Source: an uncultured Eubacteriales bacterium
Lineage (GTDB): Bacteria; Bacillota; Clostridia; Oscillospirales; Acutalibacteraceae
Assembly: GCA_964482275.1 (NCBI GenBank)
Contig: CAYZXC010000001.1
Coordinates: forward strand, 1-31,146
Direction of reading: 5' to 3'
DNA: 31,146 bases
Of the stretch, positions 26,428-31,146 are shown one piece after another. The position numbers and the translations under genes are program-made. The notes below the pieces were generated by a model. That model did not search any database and was not told the DNA's origin. It worked only from the letters and a program-made list of their open reading frames with translations. Numbering within the stretch: the first letter of the stretch is position 1; every line of letters starts with the position of its first letter.

Positions 26428-26512
26428 GATAGAAATTTCAAAAAACTTGATTTTGTGAGAAAACACGAGATATCCGGAGATAAATTCAAAAAACGGGAAA
26501 AACGCACCTGTG

Positions 26513-26558
26513 TTTGACTTTATTTGACTTTGACTTTATCTGACTTTTGAGTTATGAT
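26513..26558 (+). promoter_or_regulatory. Two CtsR boxes overlapping the sigmaA promoter of the ctsR operon
   Basis: TTTGACT-TTA-TTTGACT and TTTGACT-TTA-TCTGACT (reverse of RGTCAAA-NAN-RGTCAAA); TTGACT-17-TATGAT promoter. Confidence 0.88.
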
Positions 26559-26579
26559 GAGCACAAAGGAAGTGAGCGT

Positions 26580-27035
26580 ATGCGTATCAGCGATGAGATA
26601 ACCGCCTATATTCTGGGTATGATGGAACGGGCGGAAAACGGCGCGGCGGAGCTGCGGCGCAACGAATTGGCGGAAGAGCTCGGCTGTGTGCCGAGTCAGA
26701 TCACCTACGTGCTGACCTCGCGGTTTACCCCACAGCAGGGATACGTAGTGGAAAGTCGGCGCGGCGGTGGGGGATACGTCCGTATCCGCCGTGTGACGCC
26801 CCAGCGCGAGGCGACGCCGCTGATGCACGTCGTCAATTCCATCGGTGAGGAATTGGTTCCCGCGGCGGCGGAGGCGATCCTGCAAAGCATGGTGTATCAG
26901 GGCTTTTTGAACAAGCAGGCGGCGGGCGTGATGGCGGCGGCGTTGTCCGACCGTGCCTGCCGCGACGTTCCGGTGGAATACCGTGACCGCTTGCGGGCAT
27001 CCCTGCTCAAGCACATGCTGGCCGCATATATTTGA
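26580..27035 (+). CDS. ctsR: Class III heat-shock repressor CtsR
   Basis: RNELAEELGCVPSQITYVLTSRF, VESRRGGGGYVRI. Confidence 0.95.
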   Translation: MRISDEITAYILGMMERAENGAAELRRNELAEELGCVPSQITYVLTSRFTPQQGYVVESRRGGGGYVRIRRVTPQREATPLMHVVNSIGEELVPAAAEAILQSMVYQGFLNKQAAGVMAAALSDRACRDVPVEYRDRLRASLLKHMLAAYI

Positions 27036-27053
27036 TGTAAGGAGGTCTTTTAT

Positions 27054-27554
27054 ATGTTATGTGATCACTGCGGGAAGCGTCCCGCGACAACGCATATTAA
27101 ACGAACCGTAAACGGCAAAACGGCACAGTGGAATCTGTGCGCGCAGTGTGCCGCCGAGCAGGGGCTTAACGCGTCCCTCGGCGGACTGGGCTTTGATCTG
27201 AACGATTTTTGGGGATCACTGTTTTTGGAGCCCGCCAAGCGCGCACCGGAGGATACCGTGCGCTGTGAGGATTGCGGGCACAGCTTTAAAGAGATCGCGG
27301 AGCTCGGCAGGCCCGGTTGCCCCACCTGCTACCGTACCTTTTACGATCGGCTGCTGCCGTCGATCCAACGCATCCACGGCAAAACGCAGCATACCGGTAA
27401 GGTTGCGGACAAGGCGGAGGAATCGGTCAAGAAGGAACGTGAGCTCAAAGCCCTGCGCGAGCAGCTTGCCGCGCATATTGCCAATCAGGAATACGAGCAG
27501 TGCGCCGCACTGCGTGACCGTATTCGCGAATTAGAGGAGGGGGATGCGAAGTGA
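27054..27554 (+). CDS. mcsA: McsA, activator of protein arginine kinase
   Basis: Four CxxC motifs, IHG..QHTGK, C-terminal UVR domain. Confidence 0.93.
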   Translation: MLCDHCGKRPATTHIKRTVNGKTAQWNLCAQCAAEQGLNASLGGLGFDLNDFWGSLFLEPAKRAPEDTVRCEDCGHSFKEIAELGRPGCPTCYRTFYDRLLPSIQRIHGKTQHTGKVADKAEESVKKERELKALREQLAAHIANQEYEQCAALRDRIRELEEGDAK

Positions 27555-28570
27555 CGGCGAAATGGTATCAGCAAAGCGGTGCCGACGGCGACGTCGTCAT
27601 CAGCACCCGCGTCCGCTTAGCGCGGAATTTGAATCACATGCCGTTCCCCGCGAGTATGACGGCGGAACAGCGCGACGAGGTCATCCGTCAGGTATTTGAC
27701 GCGTTCCCGTCCGACGGCGGCGGTGCGTTTCAATGTATCCGCATGACCGAGCTGTCCGAGTGGGATGCGTTGTCGATGGTGGAACGCCACCTGATCAGCC
27801 CGAATTTCACCGCACAGCCAGACGGCGAGGCGTTGCTGTTATCACCCGACGAAAGCGTCAGCGTGATGATCGGCGAGGAAGACCACGTGCGTATCCAGGC
27901 GATGTGCGCCGGCTTTGCACTGGACGAGGCGTTCACGGCGGCAAACTGCTGGGATGATTTTCTGGATACGCGCCTGCATTTCGCCTTTGACGATCGGCTG
28001 GGCTATCTCACGCAGTGTCCCACCAACCTCGGCACCGGCATGCGCGCCTCGGTGATGCTGCATCTGCCCGCCCTGCAGGAAAAGGGCGTGATCCAGCAGC
28101 TTGCCAACACCGTATCCAAATTAGGACTGACCATCCGCGGCATGTACGGCGAGGGAAGTCGGTCGGAGGGCGCGATGTATCAGCTTTCCAATCAGGTCAC
28201 CCTCGGCATCACCGAGCAGGAGGCCATCGACAATCTGAAGAGCATCGTCACGCAGATCGTCAAGGAGGAGCGCCAATACCGCGAGCAGCTGCGCGCGACA
28301 CCGGCGCTGGAGGATCGGGTCTACCGCTCACTCGGTGTACTGCAGAACGCCCGCCTGTTATCGGGAAAAGAGTTTATGTCGCTGATCTCCCACGTGCGCA
28401 TGGGTGCCGCGATGACTATTTTGCAGTCGGTCGACCTAAACTGTATCAGTAGCTTGATGATCGACGCACAACCGGCTGCCCTCATGCGGCAGGCGGGACG
28501 CGAGCTGGACTCCACCGAGCGTGACACGCGCCGTGCGGCACTGGTTCGCGAAAGATTAACGAAGGAGTGA
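27551..28570 (+). CDS. mcsB: Protein arginine kinase McsB
   Basis: STRVRLARN, ERHLIS, EEDH, CPTNLGTGMRAS. Confidence 0.95.
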   Translation: MTAKWYQQSGADGDVVISTRVRLARNLNHMPFPASMTAEQRDEVIRQVFDAFPSDGGGAFQCIRMTELSEWDALSMVERHLISPNFTAQPDGEALLLSPDESVSVMIGEEDHVRIQAMCAGFALDEAFTAANCWDDFLDTRLHFAFDDRLGYLTQCPTNLGTGMRASVMLHLPALQEKGVIQQLANTVSKLGLTIRGMYGEGSRSEGAMYQLSNQVTLGITEQEAIDNLKSIVTQIVKEERQYREQLRATPALEDRVYRSLGVLQNARLLSGKEFMSLISHVRMGAAMTILQSVDLNCISSLMIDAQPAALMRQAGRELDSTERDTRRAALVRERLTKE

Positions 28571-28574
28571 TCCT

Positions 28575-31055
28575 ATGTATCGTTTTAAAGGATTTACCGA
28601 AAAAGCCAACGCGGCGCTGAACCTCGCCATTGAGTCAGCACAGCAGTTAGGCCATACCTATATCGGCACCGAGCATATCGTACTGGGACTGCTGCAGGAG
28701 GGCACCGGCGTAGCCGCTACCGTTCTCGGCGCTCGCGGTATCACCGCGGCGGCGTATCGCGATAAGATCACGGAAAGCGAGAGCAGCGGCCAGCCGACCC
28801 GTCTGCGTCCGGAGGATTTCACCCCCCGCACCAAAAAGGCGATGGAGCTGTCGGTGGCGGAGGCGACCTCGGCACAGCAGGGCTACGTGGGTACCGAGCA
28901 TATCTTGCTCGCTATCCTGCGGGATGAGAGCAGCGTAGCGGTTCGTTTGCTCACCGCCTTCGGCGTGCGCGCCGATGATCTGACGGATGACATACTGGAA
29001 GCCGTAGCGGAAGCGGCACCGCAAAGCGCGGGCGCGGCCCCTGCGGGCTCAAAAGCGGCCGGTAAAAGCAAAACGCCGGTGCTCGACCAGTTCGGCCGCG
29101 ATCTCACCGAAATGGCGCGACAAGGGAAGCTGGATCCGGTCATCGGCAGAGCGGAGGAGATCCAGCGCGTGGTGCAGATCTTATCCCGCCGCACCAAGAA
29201 CAACCCCTGCCTCATCGGTGAGCCGGGTGTCGGCAAGACCGCTGTGGCAGAAGGACTCGCTCAGCGCATCGTCGCGGAGGAGGTGCCCGAAACGCTGCGC
29301 GGTAAGCGCGTGGTGACGCTGGATCTGACCGGTATGGTCGCGGGCACGAAATACCGCGGCGATTTCGAGGAGCGCATCAAGAACGCACTGGAGGAGGTCG
29401 CGAAAGCGAAGGACGTCGTGCTGTTTATCGACGAGATCCACACCATCATCGGCGCGGGTGCCGCCGAGGGCGCGGTGGATGCCGCGAACATTCTCAAGCC
29501 GTCGCTCGCACGCGGCGAGATTCAGGTGATCGGCGCGACCACACTGGAGGAATACCGCAAATACATTGAAAAGGACGCGGCTCTGGAGCGGCGGTTCCAG
29601 CCCATCACGGTGGGTGAGCCGTCGAACGAGGAGACCGTCGAGATCCTCAAAGGACTGCGCGATAAATACGAGGCACACCACAAGGTCAAGATCACCGACG
29701 AGGCGATCACCGCGTCGGTACAGCTGTCCACGCGGTACATCTCGGATCGGTATCTGCCGGACAAGGCGATCGATCTGATCGACGAGGCCGCGTCCAGAGT
29801 GCGTCTGCGCGCGTTCACCGCTCCCACCGACGTACGGCAGCTGGAGGAAGAGGTCAAGCGACTGTCTGCGGAGAAAAAGGCCGCCGTCAACGAGCAGGAT
29901 TTCGAGCGCGCCGCACAGCTGCGTGACGAGGAAAAGAAGGTATCCGAGCAGCTTGAGGAACAGCGCGCACAGTGGCAGGAGAAAAACGCCGGCATCACCG
30001 GTGAGGTTACGGCTGAGGATATTGCACAGATCGTGTCCAGTTGGACGGGCGTGCCGGTATCACAGTTGACCGAGGCGGAGGGACAGCGTTTGCTCCGGCT
30101 CGAAGAGGTATTGCACGAGCGCATCGTGGGGCAGGAGGAAGCGGTGACCGCGGTCGCCAAGGCCATTCGCCGAGGCCGTGTGGGACTCAAGGATCCCCGC
30201 CGTCCGATCGGCTCGTTCATCTTCTTAGGCCCCACCGGTGTGGGTAAGACCGAGCTGTGCAAGACGCTCGCAGAAGCGATGTTCGGCGATGAAAACGCGA
30301 TGATCCGTCTGGATATGTCGGAGTATATGGAAAAGCATACCGTGTCGCGCTTGGTCGGCTCGCCTCCCGGCTACGTCGGGTACGACGAGGGCGGTCAGCT
30401 CACCGAGAAGATCCGCCGCAAGCCGTATGCCGTGGTGCTGTTTGACGAGATCGAAAAAGCGCATCCCGACGTGTTCAATATGCTGCTGCAGATTTTGGAG
30501 GACGGTATCCTCACCGACGCGCAGGGACGGCGCGTGGATTTCAAAAACACCGTCATCATTATGACCTCCAACGTCGGCGCACGGCTTATTACCGAGAAGC
30601 ACAGCTTCGGCTTCGGCGGAGGCGATGAGCAGGGCTCCAAGGAGGAGGCCGACCGCCGCAACCGCGACAAGGTGCTGGGCGAGCTCAAAAAGACCTTCCG
30701 TCCGGAGTTTTTGAACCGCGTGGACGAACTTATCGTGTTCCATCAGCTGACCGAGGACGATATCCGCCGCATCGCGGGACGGATGCTGTCGTCGCTGAAC
30801 AAGCGTGTGAACGATTTAGAGATCACGCTCACGGTGTCGGAGGACGCGATCGCCGAGCTCGCGAAGGTCGGCTTCGATCCCGTATACGGGGCAAGACCCT
30901 TGCGCCGTGCGATCCAGTCGAAGATCGAGGATCCGCTGGCGGAAAAACTGCTGGAAGGGCAGTTCAAGGCGGGTGAGACCGTCTGCGTTACGGTGGAGAA
31001 CGGGGAGTTTGTTTTTGCAAAACAAGCCGTTGACAAACCGGAAACTTTAGACTAA
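28575..31055 (+). CDS. clpC: ATP-dependent Clp protease ATP-binding subunit ClpC
   Basis: Clp-N repeats, two AAA+ modules ([16 protein letters not shown]), UVR M-domain, FGF loop, GARPLRR. Confidence 0.97.
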   Translation: MYRFKGFTEKANAALNLAIESAQQLGHTYIGTEHIVLGLLQEGTGVAATVLGARGITAAAYRDKITESESSGQPTRLRPEDFTPRTKKAMELSVAEATSAQQGYVGTEHILLAILRDESSVAVRLLTAFGVRADDLTDDILEAVAEAAPQSAGAAPAGSKAAGKSKTPVLDQFGRDLTEMARQGKLDPVIGRAEEIQRVVQILSRRTKNNPCLIGEPGVGKTAVAEGLAQRIVAEEVPETLRGKRVVTLDLTGMVAGTKYRGDFEERIKNALEEVAKAKDVVLFIDEIHTIIGAGAAEGAVDAANILKPSLARGEIQVIGATTLEEYRKYIEKDAALERRFQPITVGEPSNEETVEILKGLRDKYEAHHKVKITDEAITASVQLSTRYISDRYLPDKAIDLIDEAASRVRLRAFTAPTDVRQLEEEVKRLSAEKKAAVNEQDFERAAQLRDEEKKVSEQLEEQRAQWQEKNAGITGEVTAEDIAQIVSSWTGVPVSQLTEAEGQRLLRLEEVLHERIVGQEEAVTAVAKAIRRGRVGLKDPRRPIGSFIFLGPTGVGKTELCKTLAEAMFGDENAMIRLDMSEYMEKHTVSRLVGSPPGYVGYDEGGQLTEKIRRKPYAVVLFDEIEKAHPDVFNMLLQILEDGILTDAQGRRVDFKNTVIIMTSNVGARLITEKHSFGFGGGDEQGSKEEADRRNRDKVLGELKKTFRPEFLNRVDELIVFHQLTEDDIRRIAGRMLSSLNKRVNDLEITLTVSEDAIAELAKVGFDPVYGARPLRRAIQSKIEDPLAEKLLEGQFKAGETVCVTVENGEFVFAKQAVDKPETLD

Positions 31056-31058
31056 AAT
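31030..31058 (+). promoter_or_regulatory. sigmaA promoter of rnpB within the 3' end of clpC
   Basis: TTGACA-17nt-TAAAAT. Confidence 0.8.
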
Positions 31059-31065
31059 ACCAAAT

Positions 31066-31146
31066 GAGTGAGCTGGGCAGTCGCGCACGCTTGTGTGAGG
31101 AAAGTCCGAGCATCACAGGGCAGGATAACGGCTAACGGCCGCCGAG
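31066..31146 (+). ncRNA. rnpB: RNase P RNA, class A (5' portion, truncated by window end)
   Basis: GAGCTGGGCAGTCGC...GAGGAAAGTCCGAGC..CACAGGGCAGG..GCTAAC conserved region I. Confidence 0.93.

Overview
A 31-kb stretch of ordinary core chromosome from a moderately GC-rich, spore-forming Clostridia-type Firmicute. The taxon is inferred from the ctsR-mcsA-mcsB-clpC operon, a PdaA-like deacetylase, DUF4364 and sporulation-type promoters. I see no mobile element, prophage, CRISPR array or defence system. In order: tRNA-Arg(CCG); APC amino-acid permease; PhlG/phloretin-hydrolase-family enzyme; yybP-ykoY (Mn) riboswitch + mntP; ZMP/ZTP riboswitch + pflB-pflA-TfoX_N; minimal ferredoxin-thioredoxin reductase + trxA + phosphoribosyltransferase; short-chain chromate transporter pair; PdaA-like deacetylase; recD2-comF with a likely LexA box; DUF4364 + two-component system; Crp/Fnr regulator + NitT/TauT-type ABC importer with a perfect palindromic operator; Thr-rich surface protein; metY-metA; PLP aminotransferase; E2-like acyltransferase + PH-domain protein; two tandem Cys-rich microproteins (one missed by the ORF track) behind a sigmaK-like promoter; ctsR operon; 5' part of rnpB. 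The best leads are the duplicated microproteins, the structured insert in the ZTP riboswitch linker, the Crp/Fnr-ABC module and the mini-FTR/Trx operon. All are modest, and none can be called novel without database searches.
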